Counted from the stretch's first letter, positions 50,332-60,631 are shown. The stretch is DNA of 64,000 nt from an uncultured delta proteobacterium (GCA_963705165.1 CAVPJD010000024.1:1-64000), one strand, 5' to 3'. The notes: generated by a model not told the origin, from the sequence alone. Made by a program: numbers and translations.

Positions 50332-51294
50332 ATGGATGTGCAGAAACAAAAAACCCGAGTTGCGCTTCTGTCTGTGATTTCCAACACGGCTCTCGTCCTG
50401 ATGAAGCTCGTTGTGGGCATCATGATCAACTCGGTATCCGTCATCTCCGAGGCCATTCACTCCGGGATGGATCTGGTGGCGGCGATCATCGCCTGGTACT
50501 CCGTCAGGACATCCAGCAAGCCCGCCGATGACGATCACCCCTTCGGCCACGGGAAGATCGAAAATGTCTCGGGCACCGTTGAGGCGCTTTTGATCTTTCT
50601 CGCCGCCGGGTGGATCATCTATGAAGCCATCAAGAAGTTTATCCATCCGGAGCCCATCGAGGCGGCCTTTTGGGGCGTCGGGGTCATGCTCATCTCGGCC
50701 GTCACGAACGTCATCGTTTCCCAAAAGCTGTTCAAAGTGGGCAGGGAAACAGACTCCGTCGCCCTTCAGGCCGACGCGTGGCATCTGAGAACAGATGTTT
50801 ATACCTCATTGGGCGTCATGGTTGGGCTCGCCCTGATCTGGCTCGGGAAATGGATTTTCCCAAATTATAACCTCGACTGGCTGGACCCGGTCTGCGCCAT
50901 TGCCGTGGCCCTCCTGATTATCAAGGCGGCCTATGATCTGACGGTGCAGTCCGCCCGGGATCTTCTGGATGCCAACCTGCCCGAGGAAGAGCAAGCCTGG
51001 ATTCGGAATCTCATCGAAGAGAATCGGGGTACGGTTCGCGGCTACCATTATCTCAGGGCGAGAAAGGCCGGACATTACCGGTTTGTCGAGTTCCATATCC
51101 AGGTGGACCCGGAAATGACGGTAGAGAGCTCACACCGTCTGGCCCAGAGATTATCCCGGGCCATCAAAGGGCATCTGGCCAACTCCACCGTGTCGATCCA
51201 CATCGAGCCCTGCACCGGTAATTGCGCCGACAAATGCTTGGCCGGGTGTTTGCTGACGGAATCCGAGCGCACGGAGATCGCGAAAAATCAATGA
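50332..51294 (+). CDS. Cation diffusion facilitator (FieF-like)
   Basis: SEAIHSGMD, DDDHPFGHGKIE, ADAWHLRTD, IHIEP. Confidence 0.93.
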   Translation: MDVQKQKTRVALLSVISNTALVLMKLVVGIMINSVSVISEAIHSGMDLVAAIIAWYSVRTSSKPADDDHPFGHGKIENVSGTVEALLIFLAAGWIIYEAIKKFIHPEPIEAAFWGVGVMLISAVTNVIVSQKLFKVGRETDSVALQADAWHLRTDVYTSLGVMVGLALIWLGKWIFPNYNLDWLDPVCAIAVALLIIKAAYDLTVQSARDLLDANLPEEEQAWIRNLIEENRGTVRGYHYLRARKAGHYRFVEFHIQVDPEMTVESSHRLAQRLSRAIKGHLANSTVSIHIEPCTGNCADKCLAGCLLTESERTEIAKNQ

Positions 51295-51333
51295 CCACAA
51301 ATGAGTAAGCAAGCAGCAAGTAAAGGAGATAAC

Positions 51334-51735
51334 ATGAAAAGATGGTTGTTTGTCATCCCGCTGGTGGTTTTCATCCTCTGGGGTTGCGGGGACACTTTCA
51401 AGGGGATGGAGTCGGATTTGAAAATCAGTGTCACGGGGACACCCGGTCTCAAGGTCAGCGGTCACTATGCATTTGTGGCAACCGGGGAGGTGCCCAAGCC
51501 GCAGAATGTGGAAGGCACCGTACCGGTTGAATATCAGGGGAAGGGGCTGACGGCGCTCTGTCTTTTCAGGAAGACGTCGGCCGAGGGCACCTTGAAAGTG
51601 GAGATCACCCGGGACGGCAAGGTGATTGCCGCATCGGAAACCCAGGCACCCCAGGGCTTCGTTTCTCTCACCACCCCACCCCCGGGAACAGATACGATCA
51701 TTGGGCAGATCCTGAACAAGTTTTTTAGCAAGTAG
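51334..51735 (+). CDS. Hypothetical lipoprotein
   Basis: AAGGAG RBS; signal with LWGC lipobox. Confidence 0.7.
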   Translation: MKRWLFVIPLVVFILWGCGDTFKGMESDLKISVTGTPGLKVSGHYAFVATGEVPKPQNVEGTVPVEYQGKGLTALCLFRKTSAEGTLKVEITRDGKVIAASETQAPQGFVSLTTPPPGTDTIIGQILNKFFSK

Positions 51736-52019
51736 GCGCCATGCCTTACGGTATGACCATGAAAAAGCCGGATAAGCACCTGAAGAGCGGGTCCCTTTTA
51801 ATGGTCAAGCGGGCCAGCCCATATGCGGCGATGACTATAAAGGCAATGACGAACACGTTGATTCTGTAAATAAGAAGTTTTGCTCACCAGACGTCGAAGG
51901 CGAAATAGAGCATTGACAGGCCTAGAACCACGAAAAAGCATGCAAGGAGAAAGGCACAACTAACTGGTGTGGCTCCTTTTCCCTGTTTCTCAAGTCATCC
52001 ATTACCTTCCTGGAATGAT

Positions 52020-53044
52020 TACCCTGCCGACAGTTAAGGCGGGCTCTTCAAGCCTGCCTTGCCGGGCCGGGCTTGGCTCATTCTGCCAGACGATCAATGA
52101 CATCCTTCTCGATACCGGAGATTCCGGGCTGCAGATCTTCAAGCAGGTCCTCAGCGTTTCTCTCATGCAGGTGACCAGCGGTGGCACCCGGTTGGGGAGT
52201 ACATCCAGTACGTTGACGGCTCATCGGTGCGGGGTCCTGTAAAGGCTGCAGGCGTTGTCCTCGGAAACGAGCCTGCCGTCCAGGTCCCGATCCACATCAT
52301 CAACTCCACGTTCGGCACTTCCTCGCCCGGATGCTCCGGTGCTTATCAGACCCCTGCCGATGCCGGTTACAACGGGTCCCTGGGGGTCAGCTTCTTCGCA
52401 CAGGACTGCGGAACGGCCTGCTCGGCCGGTGCCGGCAACGGAATTTATTATGCCTGCAGCGGCACAACCTGCAGCGGAGCGGCCGTTCCCCTTGCCAATC
52501 AGGTCCAGAACCCTGTGGCACTTCTGCCCGTTGACAACAATGGCGTGATCGTGCAGCGTCCGAGCGTTCCTTCCAGCGGATCGACCTCGGTCAACGGCTA
52601 CCTGGTGCTCGGGATCGGCGCCCGGCCAACAACGCACCTTCCGCAGTAACAGCCTATGCAGCCGATGCGTCCGGCAATTTCATCACATCCTTCAACGGAA
52701 GCAACTACACCGGGTTCATCGACACCTGCAGCAACGGACTGATCTTCCCTTCCCCCTCGCTTCCTGATTACGCTACCTATTCAGGCTGGTACTGTCCCTC
52801 ATCCACTCAAAACCTTTCCGCTACAAACAAAGGGGCCTCCGGCGCGCCGAGCGGCGCGGTTTCAATCCAGATCGCGAATTTCGAGACCCTGTTTGTTACT
52901 ACGACCAACAACGTGTTTGCCGACATCGGCGGCTATAACGTGGACTTCGATTGGGGACTCCCATTTCACCTTGGACGCAACGTCTACATCGGGATCGAAG
53001 AGAAGGCCTCCAGCCTGGGCACAGGACCTTACTGGGCGTATTGA
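52020..53044 (+). pseudogene. DUF3443-like aspartic-protease-fold gene remnant, multiply frameshifted
   Basis: Fragments CQTINDILLDTG, NQVQNPVALLPVDNNG, FIDT, FDWGLPF, GPYWAY spread over different frames. Confidence 0.7.
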
Positions 53045-53309
53045 ACGAACGAGCCCTGCTGCTCCGTCATATTGATCCGCTCATCTTCATAAGCGCATCT
53101 TCGACTGAGCCCATGCACGGTTACCGATTGTCATCTTCTACCCATCCCCAGAATCCGATTTCAGCGACTTCAGGAAGTGACGCTTCACCTGGCACGATCT
53201 GTCTGGTCAGCTTGAGCTCTTGGACAGCTGATTCAAGCCCGCGCTTATGTCTTGCGGCTTGTGGCTTATCCTTTCAGATTGCGCCATTTTCCTGTATAGT
53301 ACGCCGGAA

Positions 53310-54263
53310 ATGAGCCTCGAGATCCAGATACTTTTCGCCCTTTTCCTCGATTTGCTCTTCGGGGACCCCCGCGGCTTCCCCCACCCGGCGAGGATGGTGC
53401 AGCGCTTTGCCCTCGCCCTGGAGCCTTCGGTGAGGCGGATGATCCAGTCGCCCCGGGAGGCGGGGGTGCTGGCCGCCGTCATGGTTATCGGCCTTGCGGG
53501 CATTGCGGCCTGGGGGCTGCTGAGGCTTGCGGCCTCCATCCACCCCTGGGCGTATACGGCCCTCTCGATCTGGCTCATCTACGGGGCACTCTCAGCGCGG
53601 TCGCTGGCCGATCAGAGCGCCGAGGTCTGCCGGGCCCTTGAGGTGAAGAACCTCGTCCTGGCGAGAAAGCGCGTCTCCGAGATGGTCGGGCGCGACACGG
53701 ATCGCATGGACGGCGAGGAGACCGCCCGGGCGGCCATCGAGAGCGTGGCCCGCCACAGCGTCGACGGCGTCATCGCCCCGCTCATCTGCGCCTTCCTCTT
53801 CGGCCCCCTGGGCGCATTCCTCTACAAAACCGTTGACACCCTCGGTGCGGCTTTCGGCCATAAAAACGAGCAATACTACGATTTCGGCAGGTTTTCCGCC
53901 TGGCTGGACCGGCTGGCCAACTGGATCCCTGCGCGCGTTGCGGTCTGGTTCATGGCGCTCTCGGCGATGCTTTTGGGAATGAGGCCCCTTGCGGCCCTGC
54001 TCATCAGCCGCCGCGACGGGTCGGTGCAGGCAAACCCCAACGCGGGGCTCCCCGAAGCGGCCATGGCCGGGGCCCTGGGGGTGCAGCTGGGCGGCCCCGT
54101 CTTCCGGGACGGCAAGTTCGACCCCGAGCCCTTCATGGGCGACCCCGTGCACCGCCTCGAGCCGAAGCACATCCGGCAGGCCAATGCCCTCCTGTTCGCC
54201 ATGACCATCATTGCCGCCACGATCTTCGCCCTGCTACGTAAGGGACTCCTGGCGATCTATTAA
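53310..54263 (+). CDS. CbiB/CobD-like adenosylcobinamide-phosphate synthase homolog with altered motifs
   Basis: DLLFGDP..HP, MVGRDT, DGVIAPL, NWIPAR, PEAAMAGALGVQLGG. Confidence 0.85.
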   Translation: MSLEIQILFALFLDLLFGDPRGFPHPARMVQRFALALEPSVRRMIQSPREAGVLAAVMVIGLAGIAAWGLLRLAASIHPWAYTALSIWLIYGALSARSLADQSAEVCRALEVKNLVLARKRVSEMVGRDTDRMDGEETARAAIESVARHSVDGVIAPLICAFLFGPLGAFLYKTVDTLGAAFGHKNEQYYDFGRFSAWLDRLANWIPARVAVWFMALSAMLLGMRPLAALLISRRDGSVQANPNAGLPEAAMAGALGVQLGGPVFRDGKFDPEPFMGDPVHRLEPKHIRQANALLFAMTIIAATIFALLRKGLLAIY

Positions 54264-54331
54264 TAGGCCCCGATTTTGCAGGTTCTCATGAGAAAAACGG
54301 GACAGCCATGTCCCGCAATAGGTGAACCATC

Positions 54332-55753
54332 ATGATCGACTGCCCACGGATTGTCATCGGAGGGACGGAGAGCGGCGCGGGAAAGACCTCGCTCACCCTA
54401 GCCCTCGTTGCGGCCCTTCGCCGCCGGGGGGCGCGGGTCCAGACCTTCAAGGTAGGGCCCGATTTTCTCGACCCCTCTTACCTCGCCATCGCCTCGGGAA
54501 GGCCCTGCTACAACCTCGACGGCTGGATGATGGGACGCGATTACGTGGAAAAGCTCGTGGCGCGAGCCACGGCCGATGCCGACATCGCCGTCATCGAAGG
54601 CGTCATGGGTCTCTTCGACGGGGCCGAGACCGACAGCCTCGAGGGGAGCACGGCCGAGATCGCCTCCTGGCTCAGGGCGCCAGTGATCCTCGTGGCCAAC
54701 GTCTACGGCATGGCGCGAAGCCTCGCCGCCGTCGTCAAGGGCTTCGCCACCTTCGAGCGAAAGGTGAGGGTGGCCGGGGTCATCGCCAACCACTGCGGCT
54801 CCGTGCGCCACGGGATCATGCTCGCCGAGGCGCTCCAGGCCTCGCGACTGCCGCCGATGGTGGCCGCCATGCCCCGGGGTGCGCTCCCTGAGCTTCCCGA
54901 GCGGCACCTGGGCCTGGTCACGGCCGACTCTCGCAACCTCCCGCCCGAGACACTCGAGGCGCTGGCCGATGCCTTCGAGCACTACTCTGCATTGAGCGAG
55001 ATCGTCAACATGGCCCGCAGCGCGCCTTTTCTCTATGTGGAGGCCCCCGAGAGGAAGGGGATTGCGGAGCGGGTGCGCCTCGGCGTGGCCCACGACGCGG
55101 CCTTTCACTTCTACTACCGGGATCTGCTCGACGAATTGGAAGATTCCGGCTGCCGTATCGTCCGCTTCTCACCCGTTGCAGACGGGGGCTTGCCCGAAGG
55201 GCTCGATGCCCTCTACATCGGCGGAGGCTACCCCGAGGAAAAGGCGGCGGAGCTTTCGGCAAACGAGCCCATGCTCGCCGCCGTGAGGGGGTTTGCCGCC
55301 TCCGGCCGCCCCGTCTATGCCGAGTGCGGGGGCCTCATGTACCTCTGCAGGGATCTGGAGACGGCGGACGGGAAGCGATATCCCATGACGGGGATTCTCC
55401 CGGCGGGGACAAAGATGCACAAAGGACTTCAGGCGCTTTCCTACGTGAATGTGACCCTCAAGGAGGATTCCCTCTGGGGCCTTGCGGGAGAGAGCGTCCG
55501 GGGTCACGAGTTTCACCACTCGACGCTCACGGCAAACCCCGCAGGTCTCGAGGGCTGGCGGTCCGTATACAGCATGAAGAAGAGCCGGGCCGATGCCCCT
55601 GTCGAAGAGGGCTTCCAGAAGGGGAACATCCTGGCCGGCTACGCCCACCTCCACCTGTCAAGCCGCCCTGCGGCGCTGGAGCACTTCATCCGGGCCTGCA
55701 TGCGGCACGATGAGGAAAAGACGTTCTGCAGCCTCGACGGCGGAGGGACCTGA
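54332..55753 (+). CDS. cbiA: Cobyrinate a,c-diamide synthase
   Basis: SGAGKT, FKVGPDFLDP, EGVMGLFDG, AECGGLMYL, GHEFH. Confidence 0.94.
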   Translation: MIDCPRIVIGGTESGAGKTSLTLALVAALRRRGARVQTFKVGPDFLDPSYLAIASGRPCYNLDGWMMGRDYVEKLVARATADADIAVIEGVMGLFDGAETDSLEGSTAEIASWLRAPVILVANVYGMARSLAAVVKGFATFERKVRVAGVIANHCGSVRHGIMLAEALQASRLPPMVAAMPRGALPELPERHLGLVTADSRNLPPETLEALADAFEHYSALSEIVNMARSAPFLYVEAPERKGIAERVRLGVAHDAAFHFYYRDLLDELEDSGCRIVRFSPVADGGLPEGLDALYIGGGYPEEKAAELSANEPMLAAVRGFAASGRPVYAECGGLMYLCRDLETADGKRYPMTGILPAGTKMHKGLQALSYVNVTLKEDSLWGLAGESVRGHEFHHSTLTANPAGLEGWRSVYSMKKSRADAPVEEGFQKGNILAGYAHLHLSSRPAALEHFIRACMRHDEEKTFCSLDGGGT

Positions 55754-55857
55754 GGCTCCTAGGCATCCCGGGCGGTCCGCCCGGTTTTTTCAGAGCGTTC
55801 TGAAAGCAAAGGGGGCACACTTCCGGGTGTACCCCCTTTGCTTCGTCGATGTTCTGC

Positions 55858-56271
55858 CTACTTCTTCTTTTCGGCCTCTTTCTTTCTCGCCTCTTCGGCA
55901 GCCTCCTCTTCGGCCGTCTCCTCCATTTCGTGCAGCCGTGTGTAATAGTCGGGGTACTCCGCGAGATGGTCGATCGTGATCTCGAGGGCCGTATACTTGT
56001 CGGTCGTGTGCTCCTGCTCGACCTTGATTCCCATGATCAGCTGCTCGAGATCGAAATCCGTGATCTGTTTCGCGTCCGCCCGGCCGCCCTTGATCCTCTG
56101 CTTGAAGTTTTTGATGTCGATGCCGTGGGCCTTCTTGATCGCCGCCCGGTACTCCTCGAACTTCTTCTGGTCCGCTGCGGGCGCCGCCGACGCACCGATC
56201 GAAAAGGCAAATGTGAAAGCAACGACCAGGGACACCGACAGCATGACCCGACATAAAATCCGGCTGTTCAT
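55858..56271 (-). CDS. Secreted DUF5661-like protein
   Basis: Signal peptide; GIKVEQEH..IDHLAEYPDYYTRL. Confidence 0.65.
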   Translation of the reverse strand: MNSRILCRVMLSVSLVVAFTFAFSIGASAAPAADQKKFEEYRAAIKKAHGIDIKNFKQRIKGGRADAKQITDFDLEQLIMGIKVEQEHTTDKYTALEITIDHLAEYPDYYTRLHEMEETAEEEAAEEARKKEAEKKK

Positions 56272-56472
56272 ATCTCGTCCTCCTTTCGCGTGTTCATATG
56301 GGAAGAGTTTAACCCTCTTTGCCATTTTTTTCACCCGGAACTTTATCCGGCCACAGCCGGTAAAGGGGTCCAGGTTGCCGAGATCGGTTTTCCGGCAATC
56401 CCGGTGCGGAAGTTGCAAGGTCAGGAGATGCCGCCCCGGAGGGCGCAGAGAACCATATTGCCGGACCGTGAC

Positions 56473-57099
56473 ATGCCGTTTTTCCGTCTTGTTGCTGCAT
56501 CCCTGACCATCATTTGCATCTTGTCCTGCGGGCCCAGCCCGTCGGGCCGGGACGGCTCCCCGATCAACGTCCTGGAGCCGCCATCGTTGGAACAGCAGGA
56601 GCCCGGGATCGTAAAGGTATCCAAGGACGGCTACGACATCGCCATCACGCAGAAGGCCGCCTACACGGTTCGCGGGATCGTCGTCGGCCGGGAGAATTAC
56701 CACTCGGGGTGGAACTCGCTCATCTCGCCCGCCGACGTGGCCCTGTGCTGGGGAAAGCTCGCCGAGAACGGGACGTACAAAAGGCTCAAGTGGTCCCAGG
56801 GAAACCGATGGTACTTCTGGCGCGCAGGCGATGAGTTCGGCTACAACAACGACTTCGTCGCCGTTCACAGCTCGAACAACCACCTGATCCCCGCCACCCC
56901 GAATCTCGCGAAAGCCGTCAGGAGCCTGAAGGAAGGCGACGCCGTGGAAATGACGGGGCACCTCGTGGACGTGGCGGCGACGAAGAAATCGGAAAATTAC
57001 TTCTGGAACTCTTCGACTTCCACGACGGACCGCGGCGACGGCTCCTGCGAGGTCATCTACCTGACGCGCCTCAAGATGCATGGGAAGATTTATCAATAA
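56473..57099 (+). CDS. Hypothetical lipoprotein
   Basis: ILSC lipobox; SPADVALCWG, SNNHLIPA, STTDRGDGSCE. Confidence 0.7.
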   Translation: MPFFRLVAASLTIICILSCGPSPSGRDGSPINVLEPPSLEQQEPGIVKVSKDGYDIAITQKAAYTVRGIVVGRENYHSGWNSLISPADVALCWGKLAENGTYKRLKWSQGNRWYFWRAGDEFGYNNDFVAVHSSNNHLIPATPNLAKAVRSLKEGDAVEMTGHLVDVAATKKSENYFWNSSTSTTDRGDGSCEVIYLTRLKMHGKIYQ

Positions 57100-57144
57100 G
57101 CGAACAGCTTATCGGAAATATCAACAATCGTCCGCAGTTCGATC

Positions 57145-58284
57145 TCAGCCCGAAACCCGCAAGCCCCGGGTGATGACGACGGCACAGGCGATGGCCGCGG
57201 TGAGTACGCCGGTGAAAGCCCCCCAGCCAAACTCCTGGTAGATCAACCCCGGCAGCCAGGAGCCCAGCGCCGCCCCCGTGTAGTAGATGGAGATGTAGAG
57301 GCCGTTGGCAACGGCCCGGTTTTCCGTGGCGAGCTTGTTCATCGTCCCCATGGCGACGGCATGCACGAAGAACATCCCCCCGCACATGACGAACATGATG
57401 GCGAAGATCCCCGCGCCGCTGGGCACGTTGATGAGGAGCATGGAGATTCCGAAGAGCACGAGCCCGATCGTCATCGCCCGTCTTTCCCCGCCGCAAAGCC
57501 CGATGATCCTCGTCGCCCCCACCGACATGACGATCCCCATCAGGAACCCCGAGTACATCATGGAGATCACGAAGGCCGTGTAGGAGGGGTCGATCTCCTT
57601 GAGCCGGAAGGGCAGAAACGTGAGCAGGGCCATGAAGGCAAAGAAGATCGTGAAGGCCACGGCATAGAGCCGCGCAATGTCGCCGTTTCGCAGGATCGGC
57701 ATGACGGACGAGAGGCGCACGGACGACATGGACAGGCGCGAGTCGGCCTTCATCCGGGTCACGGCCACAAAGCAGCCGGCCAGCGCCAGGGCGATCAGGT
57801 AAAAGGTGTAGCGCCACCCCGCGTTCGTCGCAACCCAGCCCGAGAGGACGCGCCCCACAAACCCGCCCAGGATGTTGGCTGCCACGTACCAGGTCATCGC
57901 CCGCTGGATGTGCTCCCGGTCCACCGTGTAGGCGAGGTACGAGGTGATGGCGGCGAGAATCGCCGGCACGCAGGCCCCCTGGAAGAGCCGGGCGGTGATG
58001 AGCAGGCCGTAGGATTCGGCGGCCCCGAAGGCGGCCTGGAGAAGAGCAAGGGCCCCGATCGTGACGAGCAGCATCCGCTTGGCAGGCTGCGATTCCAGAA
58101 GGAGACCATAGAACAGGGGGGCAAAGCTCAGGGGCAACAGCACGGCCGTCATGAGCAGGGCCCCGCCCGAGCTCGTCAGCCCGAACTCCCCGGCCAGAAG
58201 CGGCAGGATGGGCTGCGGCGCATAGATCGCCGCATAGACGGCCACCGTTGTGATGAGGACAAAAAGGATATCGCGAAGAAGCAT
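57145..58284 (-). CDS. MFS transporter (YnfM-like)
   Basis: YAPQPILP; many TM segments; NGLYISIYYTGAALG. Confidence 0.88.
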   Translation of the reverse strand: MLLRDILFVLITTVAVYAAIYAPQPILPLLAGEFGLTSSGGALLMTAVLLPLSFAPLFYGLLLESQPAKRMLLVTIGALALLQAAFGAAESYGLLITARLFQGACVPAILAAITSYLAYTVDREHIQRAMTWYVAANILGGFVGRVLSGWVATNAGWRYTFYLIALALAGCFVAVTRMKADSRLSMSSVRLSSVMPILRNGDIARLYAVAFTIFFAFMALLTFLPFRLKEIDPSYTAFVISMMYSGFLMGIVMSVGATRIIGLCGGERRAMTIGLVLFGISMLLINVPSGAGIFAIMFVMCGGMFFVHAVAMGTMNKLATENRAVANGLYISIYYTGAALGSWLPGLIYQEFGWGAFTGVLTAAIACAVVITRGLRVSG

Positions 58285-58454
58285 CGGGAGTTTATGCCCC
58301 CGTTTCGCCCCGCGTGCAACTTTATTTTTTGCGAATTCCGGAGCCGCGACGGACCCGGCTTGACTTGTCCGGCAGCCTCTGTTAGCAATACGGGAAGTTT
58401 CTACCGCAAGCCGGGATGCCGGCCGAAACGGGAATCGGAAAGGAGAACGTACAC

Positions 58455-58940
58455 ATGGCAGCCAAACAGTGGCAGACACCGCCTGCAATGCAGATCGACG
58501 CGGCAAAGAACTACCGGGTGACGATGGAGACCTCGAAGGGCACGATCGTCCTAGAGCTCTATCCCCAGCATGCCCCCAAGACGGTGAACAACTTCGTCTT
58601 CCTGGCAAAGGAAGGCTATTACGACGGTGTCGTGTTCCACCGGGTGATCGACGATTTCGTCATCCAGGGGGGAGACCCCACGGGCACGGGCCGGGGAGGC
58701 CCCGGTTACCAGTTCGAGGATGAATTCAAGGGAAATCCCCTGAAGCACGGCACGGGTTTCATCTCCATGGCCAATGCGGGGCCCGGCACCAATGGGAGCC
58801 AGTTCTTTGTCACCCACTCCCCCCAGCCGCACCTGGACGGGAAGCACACGGTGTTCGGGAAGGTGGTCGAGGGGATGGACGTGGTTAACGCAATCCGGCA
58901 GGGCGACAAGATGGTGAAGCTGTCTGTCGTGGAGGTGTAA
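58455..58940 (+). CDS. Cyclophilin-type peptidyl-prolyl isomerase
   Basis: [39 protein letters not shown]. Confidence 0.95.
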   Translation: MAAKQWQTPPAMQIDAAKNYRVTMETSKGTIVLELYPQHAPKTVNNFVFLAKEGYYDGVVFHRVIDDFVIQGGDPTGTGRGGPGYQFEDEFKGNPLKHGTGFISMANAGPGTNGSQFFVTHSPQPHLDGKHTVFGKVVEGMDVVNAIRQGDKMVKLSVVEV

Positions 58941-59009
58941 CGTTTTCGAATATGGACTGATCAGTCATGCCGGGCGGCAAGGCATCAGGCAGAATATGAG
59001 AGGCAGGAT

Positions 59010-59348
59010 ATGATAGAATTTCTAAAGAGCGCGAAGTTCAAGGGCATCGTGGCAACGATTCTGATCCTTATCCTGGTGCCGCTTTACAGCTACTTCGTTT
59101 CGGATACCGTGGTGACGCGGATCAACGATGCGCAGATGAACATGGTCGACGGGAAATTTATGATCGCAACCGAATACAATCCCCTGGTCAATTCCGATGC
59201 GAAGTACCGGTTCAAGTTCGACTCGGGAACCATCCAGAACGATGCCGTCCGGCTCAAAGGCAAGCAGGTCAAGATCTGGAAGTACGGCTGGCGGATCCCG
59301 ATTTTATCCATGTACGAAAACGTAGTAAAGATCGAGGAAGTGAAGTAA
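59010..59348 (+). CDS. Small membrane-anchored protein (DUF1523-like)
   Basis: N-terminal TM; FKFDS, YGWRIPILSMYEN. Confidence 0.6.
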   Translation: MIEFLKSAKFKGIVATILILILVPLYSYFVSDTVVTRINDAQMNMVDGKFMIATEYNPLVNSDAKYRFKFDSGTIQNDAVRLKGKQVKIWKYGWRIPILSMYENVVKIEEVK

Positions 59349-59491
59349 TCCGCTTGAATAAAAGACACGATAAAACGGCAGGGTCGGGATCGGCTCTGCC
59401 GTTTCTGGATGAAACGGACGAATTAAAATTCCTCGCACCAAGGTGCCAGGAATTTAGAAACTTAAGGAATGGGTTTATCTTTTATTATGCT

Positions 59492-59541
59492 CGCTTACCC
59501 CGCAGCAAGCTGCGGGGAATGCGCGTGCAATCGTTTTCAAT
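59492..59541. repeat. REP-like palindrome, copy 2 (matches 8834-8882)
   Basis: cgcttaccccgcagcaagctgcggggaat..gtgcaatcgttttcaat. Confidence 0.75.
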
Positions 59542-59680
59542 TTTCAAGAGCGTTTCCGTAAATCGATTTGCAGAGTCAACACTCCGGAAGTCTCAAGTTT
59601 GTGTCGATTCGTTCGATAAGAAAGCTGTATGCCCTGCAACGGTAGGGAAGGGTACAGACTAAGCGATCGGAAGGGAAAAC

Positions 59681-59863
59681 ATGAAATCCAAGAAATTCAT
59701 AGTATGGGCTATTCTGCTGCTCATTGTCCCCGCCCTCTCGGGCTGCTGGTATGCCGCGGCGGCAGGGGCCGGCGCCTACGGCGGCTACAAGGCGAAGGAG
59801 TCGGGGTATTCGCTCCAGAACCCCGTCACCAAGGACGGGGCCAAGAAGGACGAGACAAAATGA
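59681..59863 (+). CDS. Small lipoprotein
   Basis: LSGC lipobox; Ala/Gly-rich segment. Confidence 0.7.
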   Translation: MKSKKFIVWAILLLIVPALSGCWYAAAAGAGAYGGYKAKESGYSLQNPVTKDGAKKDETK

Positions 59864-59885
59864 ATTACCCGCAGCAAATATCTCC

Positions 59886-59948
59886 TGTCATTCCGGACTT
59901 GATCCGGAATCCAGTATCCAGATGGATTCCCGCATTCGCGGGAATGAC
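59886..59948. repeat. TGTCATTCC...GGAATGACA palindromic element
   Basis: tgtcattccggacttgatccggaatcca..tggattcccgcattcgcgggaatgaca. Confidence 0.75.
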
Positions 59949-60043
59949 ACATGCGAAGCAGGTTTCGGGCATCAAACCCTTAATTGAATAAAAAGGCAGG
60001 ACCGCTGCCGGCCCTGCCTTCATGGATAGCGAATGATCGTTTC

Positions 60044-60631
60044 TTATTTCTTCTCTTGCATCATCCGGTTGAGCATCTTGTAATGCTCGATTCGGTCCTC
60101 CTCGATGAATTCATCCCGCGTCATGCCGTCCCGGACCACAATCAACTTGCCGTCCTGCATCCGAAGCTCCCGGTATAACACGCTCACCGCCCAGCCGGGG
60201 GTGGCGCCTTTGTCATAGTTCGGATCGATGAAATCATTGATGATGATTTCGATGCCTCTCACTGCGCCTTCCTTTTCATAGTAATATTTCGTCAGGACCT
60301 CGATGTCCCTGTTGCCCGTGACCCTCTTCGAGATGACGTGCTCCTCGCCGCTTTCGGCCATGTAGCTGTCCTTGGTGGAGTATGTCAGCAGGGACAACCG
60401 GTTGATCACATCGATCACCTTCAGATTGCATTCGCTCAGCTGAAGATTTGCCTTCTTTGCGACTGATTCGCCTTCCCGGCCTGCAGCCAGGATGTTGTAG
60501 CACCGTGCCTTCTGCATTTCCGTTGTCAGGAACGGTTTCATGTCGCCGTTCACCGGTTTCATCAGCTGGACATTCGATGCACCGCAGCCGGCAATGAGGA
60601 TGGCCAGAAACAGAATAAGGATCGTTCGCAT
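60044..60631 (-). CDS. Hypothetical lipoprotein
   Basis: IAGC lipobox; GGAG RBS. Confidence 0.7.
   Translation of the reverse strand: MRTILILFLAILIAGCGASNVQLMKPVNGDMKPFLTTEMQKARCYNILAAGREGESVAKKANLQLSECNLKVIDVINRLSLLTYSTKDSYMAESGEEHVISKRVTGNRDIEVLTKYYYEKEGAVRGIEIIINDFIDPNYDKGATPGWAVSVLYRELRMQDGKLIVVRDGMTRDEFIEEDRIEHYKMLNRMMQEKK

Noticed and set aside
46903..53247. gcgctta at both islet edges as an att site or target duplication
   Set aside because: Only 7 bp; expected by chance
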